DNA of 64,000 nucleotides from Candidatus Latescibacterota bacterium (GTDB lineage Bacteria > Latescibacterota > UBA2968 > GCA-2709665): assembly GCA_965222075.1 (NCBI GenBank), contig OZ244937.1, forward strand, positions 1,728,001 to 1,792,000, in the 5' to 3' direction. The notes under the pieces were generated by a model. It was not told where the DNA came from and made no database searches. It saw only the letters and a program-made list of their open reading frames with translations. Positions 1 through 11,000 of this stretch are shown here, in pieces. The position numbers and the translations under genes are program-made. Every line of letters begins with the position of its first letter. Positions within the stretch are counted from its first letter, which is position 1.

Positions 1-505
1 AGACGAGCGGCAGTTGTCCACCGACCTGCACGATGAGTAAGGGCGCCAGACCCTTGCTCAGAAGAAACGCCCCCACGCCAAAGCCCATCACCACAATGCC
101 GATGGCCAATCCTTTATGGTCGGGAAACCACTTCGCCACCGTTGCGACCGGCGTCACATAACCCAGCCCGATTCCCGCCCCGCCGATCACACCGTAACCC
201 AGATAGAAGAGCGGTATGGAATCCAGATGAAGCGCCGCGCCCGAAATCAGGTACCCGCTTGAGAACATGATGCTGCCGGCCACCGCAAGCCGCCTCGGAC
301 CCAACCGGGGCAGCATGTTTCCCGCCCAGGCCGCCGATACGCCAAGCGAGAAAATCGCGATACTGAAGGCCCAGGCCGTCTCGGTATGGGTCCAGCCGAC
401 CTGCCTTACCAGCATCGTCTGGAAGAAACTCCACGCGTATACCGTGCCAAAGCAGATCTGCAGCACCGTGCAGAAGAGTGCGATGGCGCTTCGCGGAATG
501 CGCAT
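1..505 (-). CDS. OFA-family (oxalate/formate antiporter-like) MFS transporter, runs off the window edge
   Basis: Manual translation from ATG at 505 (GGAGG RBS upstream): MRIPRSAIALFCTVLQICFGTVYAWSFF...GIGLGYVTPVATVAKWFPDHKGLAIGIVVMGFG, typical OFA motifs; not in the ORF track because it has no stop in the window. Confidence 0.85.
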   Translation of the reverse strand, partial: MRIPRSAIALFCTVLQICFGTVYAWSFFQTMLVRQVGWTHTETAWAFSIAIFSLGVSAAWAGNMLPRLGPRRLAVAGSIMFSSGYLISGAALHLDSIPLFYLGYGVIGGAGIGLGYVTPVATVAKWFPDHKGLAIGIVVMGFGVGAFLLSKGLAPLLIVQVGGQLPLV

Positions 506-520
506 CTGTTGATCCTCCCT

Positions 521-1264
521 CTACCGAGCGCTCCCCGGCGGCGCCCCGGACCTCTCCGAACCGGACGAATGTCCGGAAACGTAACGGAAGAGGCGAGCCA
601 GATCCCCTACTTCATCGTCGCGGGCCAGGAGCTCGTCGTCCGGCGTCTTGTCCTTCCCCTGGTCATCGGCCAACTCCACGGCGTAGGCAAGAAGTCCTCC
701 CAGCGGTTTTGCGGCCAGGTTGACCAGCCAGATCGAAGCCAGGACGCCAACGACGAGAAAGATGCAGATGAGGATGACTTGCTGGCCGATGGCTCGCTGA
801 ATCTTGAGCGCGACGATGTCCATATCCATGCCCACGTGTACCGTACCGGCGACGCCGGCCAGGATCGGGCTGCCGACTTCTATGAAATCGCCCATGCCCG
901 GGATGCTTCGTTCGACCGGCTCGGTGCTGGACGGATCGCTTGCGAGGATCTCCTCGGGTATGCCGGGTACGAAGGTATGAGCCAGATACTCGCCTTTCTC
1001 ACTGGTGATGTAGATGTAGCGGATGCCCTGAATCTCGACGAACTGGTCGATCAGCGACTGCAGCGTCGCCAGGTTCCTGTTCAGAAGGATGTCCACGCTG
1101 GAATCGGCAATGCTCTTCGCGATGTTCCTGCTGTTGGTCTCGTACTCCGCCGACAACTGAGTGTCAACGGTGTAGATACACAGAACGGACGTTGACAGGA
1201 CGATCATCCCGAAGAGCGCGAAGATGCCGAACCGGGTTTTCTGAAAGAGCTTCTGGATTTTCAT
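521..1264 (-). CDS. Membrane sensor-like protein (2 TM, periplasmic domain, C-terminal HAMP-like segment, no output domain)
   Basis: 247 aa ORF, two hydrophobic helices, ends with RDDEVGDLARLF HAMP-like motif; tightly coupled to neighbours. Confidence 0.7.
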   Translation of the reverse strand: MKIQKLFQKTRFGIFALFGMIVLSTSVLCIYTVDTQLSAEYETNSRNIAKSIADSSVDILLNRNLATLQSLIDQFVEIQGIRYIYITSEKGEYLAHTFVPGIPEEILASDPSSTEPVERSIPGMGDFIEVGSPILAGVAGTVHVGMDMDIVALKIQRAIGQQVILICIFLVVGVLASIWLVNLAAKPLGGLLAYAVELADDQGKDKTPDDELLARDDEVGDLARLFRYVSGHSSGSERSGAPPGSAR

Positions 1265-1265
1265 T

Positions 1266-2636
1266 TCACGAGAGCCAGTTTTGCCAGTCGTCCAGGGTCA
1301 CGAAGCGGCCGTCCTGAACGACGGTATAGTAGACGGTCTGGAGCCCCTGTCGACGGTCTGGCCCGAAAGAGACCTTTTCACCGATCCCAAGGTCGAAGTC
1401 CCGCACCGAGAAGACCGCTTCCTCCAGCCCGACCCTGTCGGGCTCTCCTCCCAGGCGCCGCAGAATCTCGGTCATCAGCTTGGCGTCGAGAAAGCCCTCC
1501 AGGCTGACGAAGCTCTGCGGAAATGGGCTGTAGGGCTCCTTGACAAGCTCCCCGGGGACTTCGGGATCGTAGCGCGCCATCAGATCACGATACTCCCGCA
1601 CCGCCGGAATGGAAGTGTCCTCATAGCTGGGAACGACCTGGGAGTTGACCAGCAGCCGCGTATAGGGCTCGGCGTCGTCCCGACCCTCGGTTAGGAGTTG
1701 GAGGAGGTTCTCGCTTCCCACGAAGGAAAGATTGGCCATCGGGACCCGAAGGCCCAGGTCAACGGCGTCGCGCGCGAAGGCGGCGCACGCGGCGTACGAC
1801 CCGATGCAGATCACGGCGTCGGGCGAAGCAGCCTGCAGGATTTCGACCTGCCGCCTCATGCTGCCGGTGAACCTCTGTCCGCGGCGGTAGGTGGCCTCAC
1901 CGACAAGTTGCTCGCCGTGCGCCTCCAGGGCCGCCCTTACACCCGCCCATCCACTCCGGCCGTACGCGTCGGCCTGATAGAACACAGCGATGCGCTTTCT
2001 TCCAACCCGAATGAAGTTGTCGACGAGGCCGGCGGTCTCCTGACGGTAGGACGCCCGGAGGTTGAAGGCGAAGTCACCGTACGGAGGCTCCCTTTGGGGC
2101 TGAGCACCGGTAAAGGGGAAGAACAGGTAGACCCGCTCGTCCTGGAACTTCTTCAACAGGGGCAGCGCGCGGGTCACGGTCGGCGTCCCCACGTAGCCGA
2201 ACAGCAGGAACACGCGGTCCTCCAGCATGAGCTTCATGGTGTTCCGAACGCACGGATCCGGCTGGTATCCATCGTCGTAAAGCTTGAAGACGATCTTGCG
2301 CCCGCCGACGCCACCGTTGTCGTTGACGTGGCTGAAGTAGGCTTTGGCGCCGCGATAGAGCTCGCTGCCCAACCCCCGTGAAGGGCCGGAAAACGCGGCG
2401 GACATACCCAGGACGATCTCATCGTCAACCGGGCCTTCCGGCCCTGCTCCACGCCTTTGGTCCTCTGCTAAAACCCTGTCCAATCCCCCTATTTCGGCTC
2501 CGGCGTTCCTCCAACTCCCCCAGGAAATCGCCAGCAACCCGGCAAGGCCGCGACGGAGCAGCGACCTCCGCGTCAAGACCGGCGCTCGGTCCTCCCGCGC
2601 GTCGCCGTCTCCTCCGGCACCATCACGAATATTCAT
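1266..2636 (-). CDS. Type 1 periplasmic-binding (LivJ-like) substrate-binding protein with Tat-like signal
   Basis: TRRSLL twin-Arg motif; LGMSAAFSGP, YDDGYQP, GYVGTPT, FNLRASY motifs. Confidence 0.85.
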   Translation of the reverse strand: MNIRDGAGGDGDAREDRAPVLTRRSLLRRGLAGLLAISWGSWRNAGAEIGGLDRVLAEDQRRGAGPEGPVDDEIVLGMSAAFSGPSRGLGSELYRGAKAYFSHVNDNGGVGGRKIVFKLYDDGYQPDPCVRNTMKLMLEDRVFLLFGYVGTPTVTRALPLLKKFQDERVYLFFPFTGAQPQREPPYGDFAFNLRASYRQETAGLVDNFIRVGRKRIAVFYQADAYGRSGWAGVRAALEAHGEQLVGEATYRRGQRFTGSMRRQVEILQAASPDAVICIGSYAACAAFARDAVDLGLRVPMANLSFVGSENLLQLLTEGRDDAEPYTRLLVNSQVVPSYEDTSIPAVREYRDLMARYDPEVPGELVKEPYSPFPQSFVSLEGFLDAKLMTEILRRLGGEPDRVGLEEAVFSVRDFDLGIGEKVSFGPDRRQGLQTVYYTVVQDGRFVTLDDWQNWLS

Positions 2637-2690
2637 TCCGTTCCTCGTCTCCTGGAGAATCCTCCAGGCTCGGGGCGACAGCTCAACTGC

Positions 2691-3807
2691 TCAGAAATTG
2701 TAGGTAAAGTGGATATCCACCCGGTTGGCGATCCCGTCGTCCAGTTCCTTGTACCCGGTCGTCCAGTGCAAATACTCGACCGCCACCTGGAATTTCTTCC
2801 AGGGCCGGTAGCGGCCCACCGCGTAAACGGCCTGATTCCTGATGCGTCCCCCGCTGGGCACGGCCTCCTCATCTGGCACCTCTATGGTCGCCCCGGCGTA
2901 CAGCTTCCACCGGTCGTTCGGCTTGATCACGACCTGGGCCCAACCCCCGGTGGAGGCGGTCTCCTCACCGGTCTCCCGGTTGATCCCCTGGCCGATGCCG
3001 CCGCGTATATCGGTGAGATTGCTGCCGGTCCAGCCTTCTCCTTCGATAGCCAGTTTATCAGTCAGGGATACCGAGGCGTCCAGGCCCACCACCACCGAGG
3101 TGAAACGGGTCTCGCCACCCACCGGGGTGGCTGTCTCCTCCATCGCCCAATGGGCCCACGCGCCGGCCTTGAATTTTTTCTGCGCCAGCCCCAGCCGCGC
3201 CTGCAAAAAGGGCAGCGCTGCGTCCCAGCCATCCAGAATGCCGTTTCCGTCCAGGTCTTTCTTGTCCACCGCCCCGGTCTGGCCTGCCGCCACCGCCAGG
3301 GAAAACCCGCCCTCAGGGCTTGTACGTGAGCCTCGCCTGGGGATGCCGGTCACCCAGGTTGCCCGCGTGCCACATCAGGCCGTCGTTGTTGGCTATCGGG
3401 AACAGCGGCGAAATCACGTCCCAGGTCTGGCCGGCCAAAAAGTGCCAATTCCCTCTCTGCAGATTGAAATAGGCCTGCCGAAGGCGCAGAATCTGGCGCG
3501 ACTCGCTGCCGCCATTCTGAAAATCGACCTCAACGAGGCCCTTTATGCTGGTATCCTTGTCCAATTCCACGGGCGTGAATCTGGCCCCTATCCGGGTGAG
3601 ACGCGGGTACATGGTCAAATTGCCGTCGTCTTCGGCGCCAGGCGCTTCCGGCTTTACCCAGAAGCCGAATTGGTGGCTTTGCATCCTTGAATCGTCGATA
3701 ACGGCGTCGAAGCGGACAAAACCGTAGATCGTGAATTCTCCGGCAAAGGCCCGATCCATCCGGCCCAGCAGACAGCCCAATATAGCTGCAGCAATTGCCT
3801 TTTTCAC
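2691..3807 (-). pseudogene. DcaP-like outer-membrane porin split by a 1-bp frameshift
   Basis: GTG start at 3807 with AAGGAG RBS; YGFVRFD, VEVDF, LRLRQAY, AGQTWD motifs; removing one C near 3316-3318 joins ...TYKP to EGGFS... and ends in C-terminal Phe (FTYNF). Confidence 0.75.
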
Positions 3808-3954
3808 GAATCGCTCCTTTGCAAATGAAGTTCCAGAGTCGGCACCTTGCCCAGGTGGTAGAGCACGCCCATCAGGGCGGAAAAGAAGATACAGGCTGAT
3901 TAACCGTTCCATCTGTACCCGCTTTCTCTAAAGAAGGAACGGAACCCGATTCTG

Positions 3955-4689
3955 TCAGGGCAAGACCCCCTGTTTCCCGATCCTCGCAAATCCCTCTGCA
4001 TACCGGCAGTCCGTCATCCCCGCCACATGCAGCGACTCGATCGCCCGGTAGCGCCCCAGAACCTCGTAGACCTCCGGCAGCGCGGGCTGCGCGGCCAGCC
4101 TCTTCAGCGCCTCCATCTTCCGGTCAAACACCGGGGTGATATCCACATAAAGATCGGGCACGAACCCCGACACCGGCACGGTCCCCATCGTCGTCTCGTA
4201 GCAGACCAGCGACGGCCGGGAACACGGCTCGTGCGCCGTCTCGATCCCTCCGGCATTGCAATAGGAGCAGGCCCACAGCGCCGCCTGCGTCGTCTCCACG
4301 TGGTCGGGATGCATCAGGTCGTTGATCCAGTGGCTCAGCACCAGATCGGGCCGGAACGCCCGGACTGCATCCAGCACCTGAAGCCTCCGCTCCGGTCCCA
4401 GAACCAGCGGGCTGTCTCCAAAATCAAAACAATCGATCGACGCCCCCAGGATGCTCGCGGCCGCCGCCATCTCCTCCTTCCGGATCGCCTTCACCTCCTC
4501 GATCGTGGGCCTCGGATTCCGCGCCCACAGCGCCGGCGACTCGCACCGCTCCCCGTACGTCAAATCGTAGACCTGCACCGTTCCCCCCGCCTCCACAAAC
4601 CGGATAATCGCCCCCCCCGCCCGCGAACAGAAATCCGCTGCGTGGGCGCTGAACACCAGCACCCGCATCCCGTCTTGAATCATCGTCAC
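3955..4689 (-). CDS. PIG-L/LmbE family protein, GalB (4-oxalomesaconate hydratase)-like
   Basis: SAHAADFCSRAGG, YGERCES and HPDH motifs resemble the GalB subgroup. Confidence 0.75.
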   Translation of the reverse strand: MTMIQDGMRVLVFSAHAADFCSRAGGAIIRFVEAGGTVQVYDLTYGERCESPALWARNPRPTIEEVKAIRKEEMAAAASILGASIDCFDFGDSPLVLGPERRLQVLDAVRAFRPDLVLSHWINDLMHPDHVETTQAALWACSYCNAGGIETAHEPCSRPSLVCYETTMGTVPVSGFVPDLYVDITPVFDRKMEALKRLAAQPALPEVYEVLGRYRAIESLHVAGMTDCRYAEGFARIGKQGVLP

Positions 4690-4734
4690 CTCCTGATCGA
4701 ATCGTCAGACCCCGGTAGCGAGGGGAGAAATGCC

Positions 4735-5523
4735 TCACTCCTTCTGCTTATACTTTGCCCGGAACGCCTGCGACGACCCCTCATCCTGCGGCTCATACCC
4801 CAGCAATTCCCTGGCGTTGGACAGGTCCCACTTCTTCTCGCTCCCCCCTGATACTCCGTAGAAAATGCCGAACTTCACCTCTTCCCTCTCGATGCACCGC
4901 CAGACCATATCCGCCAGGTCCCGGCGACTCAACCACCGGGACAGACCGGGCTCATAATACCTTCCGGGGGCGTCTTCCCCATTGAAATTTGCGATCCGAA
5001 GACAAAGCACCCGGATGCCGTACCGATCCGAGTAGAACCGGCCCAGAGCCTCGCCGAAGGCCTTCCCTGTGCCGTAGATGCTGTCCGGCCGCACCGGCGT
5101 ATCCGGACGGGTGTAAATCCCCTCCTTCTCGTACATCCCGGTCACGTGATTGGTACTGGCAAAAATCACCGCCGGCACCTTGTTGATCCGGGCCGCCTCA
5201 TACATATTGTAGACCCCCGGCATATCCACCTCAAGCGTCGCCGCGGCAACCTCCTCCGGCGACATCCCGCCCCACCGCCGGATCGCCAGGTGAACAATCA
5301 CATCCACCCCGGCTGCGGCCTCCACCATCGCGTCATAATCGGACACATCCCCCCCCACCACCTCGTCCTCTTCGTAGAGATCGTCCGGAACGGTGGAACG
5401 GAGCACCAGCCGAAAATCGTAATGGTCCCGCAGATGCGTCCAGATGGTCCTCCCGATCTTCCCCGCCGCCCCGGTAATCAACAGTTTTTTACGTCCCGCC
5501 ATCCCTTTCATGACGGCGCCCAT
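4735..5523 (-). CDS. NAD-dependent epimerase/dehydratase (uronate dehydrogenase-like)
   Basis: ITGAAGKIG Rossmann motif, FASTNH, YGTGK (YxxxK), WLSRRDL. Confidence 0.85.
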   Translation of the reverse strand: MGAVMKGMAGRKKLLITGAAGKIGRTIWTHLRDHYDFRLVLRSTVPDDLYEEDEVVGGDVSDYDAMVEAAAGVDVIVHLAIRRWGGMSPEEVAAATLEVDMPGVYNMYEAARINKVPAVIFASTNHVTGMYEKEGIYTRPDTPVRPDSIYGTGKAFGEALGRFYSDRYGIRVLCLRIANFNGEDAPGRYYEPGLSRWLSRRDLADMVWRCIEREEVKFGIFYGVSGGSEKKWDLSNARELLGYEPQDEGSSQAFRAKYKQKE

Positions 5524-5552
5524 AAATCCCCCCCCGGGAAAAATCTACCGCG

Positions 5553-6308
5553 CTATGAGATTCCGTAAATCCTCGCCAGATTCTCTCCGAAGATCAGGGC
5601 CTCGGCCGCCTCGCCCAGATTCAGCCTCTGAATCGCCCGCTTCACCTGGATCGGCCGGTACTCCGGCAGGTTCGACCCGAACACCACCCGCTCCGGCCCC
5701 AGCTCCGCCGCGGCCCGCGCCACATCCACGGGCACCGTCTCCTCCGGATTGTCCGCCCACCGCTTGTGGAACCGCAGGATCGTCGTCCCCATATACACGT
5801 TTTTGTGCTCCCGGCAGACCGCCAGCGCCTCCTCAAAGTGGTCCGGAAACCCCATGTGGTCCATAACGATCGGTGCCTCCGGAATAAGCCGGGCGACCGC
5901 CCCGACCCGGTCGGCGCTGCAGTTTCCCACACCCGTGTGGATCGACACCACGATCCCCAGGTCCCGGGCTGCCTCGACGAAGGGAAACACCATCGGATCG
6001 TCCACCTCAAACTTGTGAATCACCCCCATCAGCTTCATCCCCTTCGCCCCCCGGTCCACGTACCCCTTCAACGCGGCGACCCCCTCCTCGCCCCGGTGGG
6101 GATCCATCATCACGCAGGGCAGCAGATTCGGAAACTCCGCCGTCTTCTCCAGCAGCCCGCCGTTGTCCGGGTCCACCTTTGGCTGCGGCATCACCACCGC
6201 CATATCAAATCCCGCCTCCGCCTCGCATTCCAAAAGCGCCGCCACCGTCATCGGATGCCCATACCAGTCATCTGCCAGGTAGGCCTCAAAATCCGCCGTC
6301 ACGGCCAT
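5553..6308 (-). CDS. Amidohydrolase family protein
   Basis: KGMKL, SIHTG, MDHMG, VVFGSN motifs of Amidohydro_2-type proteins. Confidence 0.8.
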   Translation of the reverse strand: MAVTADFEAYLADDWYGHPMTVAALLECEAEAGFDMAVVMPQPKVDPDNGGLLEKTAEFPNLLPCVMMDPHRGEEGVAALKGYVDRGAKGMKLMGVIHKFEVDDPMVFPFVEAARDLGIVVSIHTGVGNCSADRVGAVARLIPEAPIVMDHMGFPDHFEEALAVCREHKNVYMGTTILRFHKRWADNPEETVPVDVARAAAELGPERVVFGSNLPEYRPIQVKRAIQRLNLGEAAEALIFGENLARIYGIS

Positions 6309-6334
6309 ATTCTACATCCTCCATTTACGATGTC

Positions 6335-7132
6335 TTACCCCAGCTGAAGCGCCCGCCACCGGTCGTAAGCGGGGCGCATGGCCTCCGGCAAATACCCTCG
6401 CACGTTGTCGGCCAGCATCCACTTGAGCCGCTTGTCCGTCTCTTCCAGCTCCTCGCCCTCCTGGTGCTTTGCCCAGCTTCCGGCTAAGGTCAGGCGCTCC
6501 GGATGCACCTTATAGATGCCCCGGTGAATGGTATTGCCGGCCCAGAAGATCGTCTGCCCCGCCTTCAGCACCATCACTTTCTGGGTGGAGATATCCCCGT
6601 GGCGTGTGTTCAGCAGACACTCCCGCTCCTCATCCGTCCGGTACCGCCTGTGGCTGCCCGGCACGAGCTGGAGGCAGGAATCGTCCACCAGCGCCAGGTG
6701 CCACTTCAGCCGGTTCAGGGGCCGGTTCAGAATCTCCATCTCCACCTCGTACGAGCCATCCCGCTCGTTCCCCCCGAAATCCCGGTGCCACCCGCCGCTC
6801 CAGTCGGCCGCGTGCGGGGTGGTGAAAATCACCACCCCGCCCAGCCGCAGTTCGCTGCCCAGGAAAAGCTCCACATATTTCATCACCGGATCGGACATCA
6901 GGTAGTCCGCAAAGACCGGCTCCTCGAACTCCGGCGCGAACAGCCCCCGGATCGCCCAGGCGTCCCCCTCCAGGGTACGGTGCGTAAAGACATCCACCTC
7001 CCCCGATCGGACCTTCTGCTTCACCCGCCGGGTCGCCTGCAGAAGGGACTCCAGCATATCGGGCGCCACCGCGTCTTCCACGACAAAATACCCCTGGGTC
7101 TCATACTGTTCCACCATCTCTTTCAAAGCCAT
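6335..7132 (-). CDS. Phytanoyl-CoA dioxygenase (PhyH) family protein
   Basis: GYFVVEDA, WHRD, VPGSH, IHRG motifs. Confidence 0.85.
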   Translation of the reverse strand: MALKEMVEQYETQGYFVVEDAVAPDMLESLLQATRRVKQKVRSGEVDVFTHRTLEGDAWAIRGLFAPEFEEPVFADYLMSDPVMKYVELFLGSELRLGGVVIFTTPHAADWSGGWHRDFGGNERDGSYEVEMEILNRPLNRLKWHLALVDDSCLQLVPGSHRRYRTDEERECLLNTRHGDISTQKVMVLKAGQTIFWAGNTIHRGIYKVHPERLTLAGSWAKHQEGEELEETDKRLKWMLADNVRGYLPEAMRPAYDRWRALQLG

Positions 7133-7301
7133 ACGCCAGATCCTCCATATTGGGATACGAGGTTCATCAGGGTGGCTTGCACGGCAGGCAGAGAGCCTGT
7201 TTCATGATAGCTCCAGAATCGATAGATGTCAATCACGTTCTTTGCAAAAAAATAGCGTGGGGACCAACCCCACGCTACGGAAACAGCGATTTCCTCTCGA
7301 T

Positions 7302-7913
7302 TTACTTGCCGCCCGGATTCTCGGCCGTCTTCATCCCGGCGGCCTCGATATTCAGAGAAACCTTGATCTCATCTCCCAACATGCCAGCCTTATCCACCCA
7401 GTTATTCACCCCGAAATCCGACCGTTTAACCGTCAATTCGGCGGCAAACCCTGCCACGGGGGCCTTCGACATGGGATGGGTGCCTACCCCCAGGACTTCA
7501 ATGGGCAGGACCGCACGCCTGGTGACCCCGTGCATGGTCAGGTCGCCGGTAACCATCAGCTTCTCGTCCTGCTTCTTCGCCCCAGTACTCTTGAAGGTGA
7601 TCTGGGGATACTTCTCCGCATCGAAAAAATCGGCGCTCCTGAGGTGGTTGTCCCGTCTCTCATTGTTGGTATTGATGCTTGCAACCTTGATGGTCGCCTC
7701 AACCGAAGACGTCTCAGGATGATTCGGATCGTACATAATGGTGCCGGAAAAATCCGTGAACGACCCACCAACACGACTGAAGATGTGGCGAATGGTAAAC
7801 CCGACCGAGGAATGCACCGTATCGATACTGTAGGTATCGGCAGCGCCCGTACCTGCCAGAAGGAAAACGGCCAGAACCCCGATACCCAGCGAACGCATAT
7901 ATCTTGCAAACAT
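7302..7913 (-). CDS. yceI: YceI family periplasmic lipid/polyisoprenoid-binding protein
   Basis: Signal peptide; IDTVHSSVGF, RDNHLRSADFFD, GDLTMHGVT. Confidence 0.9.
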   Translation of the reverse strand: MFARYMRSLGIGVLAVFLLAGTGAADTYSIDTVHSSVGFTIRHIFSRVGGSFTDFSGTIMYDPNHPETSSVEATIKVASINTNNERRDNHLRSADFFDAEKYPQITFKSTGAKKQDEKLMVTGDLTMHGVTRRAVLPIEVLGVGTHPMSKAPVAGFAAELTVKRSDFGVNNWVDKAGMLGDEIKVSLNIEAAGMKTAENPGGK

Positions 7914-8085
7914 ACTGCTTCCCCCCTATGTTGGTTAGACAGAGTGCCCGTATGCTCTGCCGGTGTGAATTTGAAGCGGGCGTCCACGCAATATATACCC
8001 CTGAACTCGTGAGATCAACACATATCTATCCGTGGGCGTATCAAGACGCAATCCGCTTCACCACAACTGACGACTCCCTGATTTT

Positions 8086-11000
8086 TCACCATTCCATCTT
8101 CCAGAAAAGCCCCAGGGACTTCCGGTCCCGTTCCTGCTCGTTCCCCACCCTCTGCTGCGCCTCCAGCGTAACCTGCGGCAGCAGCTCGTACTCCACGATC
8201 ACCTCCTGTCCCCTTGCCGAGGAAATATCCTGCGCATAGCTGATGAAGAACCTGGACCCGAAATACTTTCCCACCCGCACCCGGGTAGCCGAGTTCTCCC
8301 GGCCCAGGTCGATCTCCACAACGTCCAAGTTCAACCGCCGGCCGATCGTCCGCTTGAGCTGGTTCGCAGCCACACCCAGCACAAGGCCTGCGGCCTGCCC
8401 TTCCAGGCTGCGCCCGCCGCCGCCTTCCCCGCGCAAAAATCCCGACATTTCTTCGGCCGGCCTTCCGACGATCAGATAAGAGAGCAGGTCCGCTTCGGAC
8501 AGAGGAGGGGTGGTATCGCTCTCCAGGGTAATCTGGGGATTCAGCAGCGTTCCGCCCACGATCACGCTGATCACCGCAGGCTCGTTGGAAACCAGTATCA
8601 CCCTGTGTGTACCCAAAATGTAGAGATCGGGGTTGATATCCGCATTTCCCTGGAACTGGAGTTCTCCACGGTCGATGTTAAAACTCGTATTCTGAAACTC
8701 GTAGCGTCCCTGCCGGCTGTCCAGAGCCCCGTAAATCCGAACCCCCTCCCGGTCTTTGACCAGATCCACATCCCCGGAAATCTCAATATTGAGATCCCTG
8801 TCCCGGATCCAGACATTTCGAGAGGCCGACACCCGAATATTGCAACCCAGATTCTGGATAAAACGAGACGTCACCCAGAAATCGTGGGTCGGCGTCTCGA
8901 TAAAATCCGACAGCCTGAGCACCGCGCGGGTCAACCCTGCCTTGCCTTCCACCCGGGACGCCTCCGGATTCCCCCTCAGGTGGAGGTCGGCCCGCAGGGT
9001 CGCGTTGAGTTCAGGCAGGTTGATCGCCTCAAAATCCTCTGCCTGCAGCGCAATATCAAAATCCTGAACACCAAAACCCTCAACAGCGTGCTGGTCCAGC
9101 CTCACCTCACCGCTGAATGCCAGCCTGCCCTTCCCTTCCCTGGCCTCAAGCTGCTCCAGGACGATCCGGTCCTCAGCAAAGCTCAGCTTTGCCTGAACCT
9201 TCCGGAAGGTCTTGTTCAGGGGCACAATCCGGACGACCCCATCCTGAAGGCGTATCCATCCGCCCTCCTGCAGACGCAAACGCCGGGGGGTGCCTTCCAC
9301 GCTCAGGTCCATCGCCAGCATTCCCCCTGTGTCCCGGACCTCCGAAAACACGGCCTGGAGAAAGCCAGGGTCGATGCCGTCCGCCCTGAGCAACACGCTC
9401 ACGGGCCCTTCGGGAAACAGGTCTTCCCTTCCACCGGGCGACAGATTCAGCGGGAAATACCCCTGCAACACGGCCTCTCGGCCGGGCGACTGCACCAGCT
9501 TCAAATCCACCGCTGCGCGACGATTCCCATAGGCCAGGGTGCCTGAAAAATCCTGAAACCGGACGCCGGCGACAGCGCCGTTCTTCAGTTCCACCTGCGC
9601 CCCGATCTGAGGATCGTCCGGCGTGCCGGACAGGGTGATCTCTCCGGTCAGCACCCCGCTCATCTCACCCCTCAGCCCCAGCAGAAAAGGCCACGTCCGC
9701 AGGTCCACATCCTGCAGCCACACCACCACAGCGCCCGGTTGCCCGGAATGGTCCCGTGCCTCTATCCCGCCGCCGGCCCCGGCCAGCCGGAACTGCTCCA
9801 CATGCACCCCCTCCTGGGGGCTATACCTTACCCGACAGGGGCCGTCGTTAAACAGGGCCATCCGGTCCACCTGAACCGCAAGAGAGTCCAGCTCAAGATA
9901 ATATCCACCCTCCCAGGGCCCGGCCCGGCCCCAGAGATAGACGCGATCGATGTCTTCCGAACTATTCCCCAGCAGAAAGGATATCCCGTCTCCATCCAGG
10001 CCCACATCCAGGAACAGGTCGTGGACCACCCGTCCGCCCCACACAAGAGACCCCACCCGGACGGAAAGGCCTCCCGGCAGGAGAGCAGGCCACCTCATCT
10101 GAAAGGTCACCCTCTGCATCGGGATGCCCTGGTAATTCAGGCTGTCCGCCAACAAATCCACCGCAGCCAGGGGCTTCTCCCAGCTCCCACCGACCCGGAC
10201 AACAAAGGGCGCCGGCGTACCGGAGAGTCCCAACCCCAGCAGGTTGCTCAGCGCCTCGAAATCGTGAACCTGCCCGGTCACGTGGATGTCCAGGCTGTCG
10301 CCCGGCGTCGCCCACCCACGGCCGTCAAAGCGCATCAACGCGCCCGCCAGCATCAGCCGGTCCAGGATCACCCGGCGGCCCTGCAGCACCAGGCTCGCCC
10401 TGGCGCTGTCCAGCTCCCCTCCCAAAAAATCGGGCGCCTCCACCACCAGATCCGCCCGGGCCTGCATCGAATCCGGGTGAAACCCCGCGCCGGCAAGCGA
10501 AATCTGAAACGAAACGTCTCCCCCCAGCCTGGCGTCGCCCGTCAGGCGTTCCAGCGCCAGCCCCTCCAGTTGCAACCCCATCTGATACGTCGGCTGTTTT
10601 CCGCCGGGTCTCCAGAACTGGCCCAGATCCATACGTCCCTTCCCCCGAACCACCCCGTACCCATCCGGCAGTCTCACCCCCAGGCTGTCCAGCCGCACCC
10701 GGCCCCCCCGGGAAGACCCCCGAAGCACGAGTCCGGTTGCCGGGGGCAACCCCTGGATATTCAGGGCGTCAAATCTGGCCTCGCCCTGCCACATACCGGC
10801 CCCCGTCCGCCGCAGCCGGACTTCCCCGGTCAGGTCGGTAACCCTTCCGGACGCTCCTGAAACCCGGGAGAGGTCCAGGTTTGCCAGACGCGCCCTCAGC
10901 GCATAGACCGGAGCCGCCCCCCTCAGGTCAACCTCCAGATTTGCGGCCAGCCCGCCCGCCTCCCCTTCCGCCCTCAGATCCATCACCACCTGTCCACCGT

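Noticed and set aside
3313-3315. TGA in the porin as selenocysteine or readthrough
   Set aside because: The downstream half is in a different frame, so readthrough would not restore the protein.
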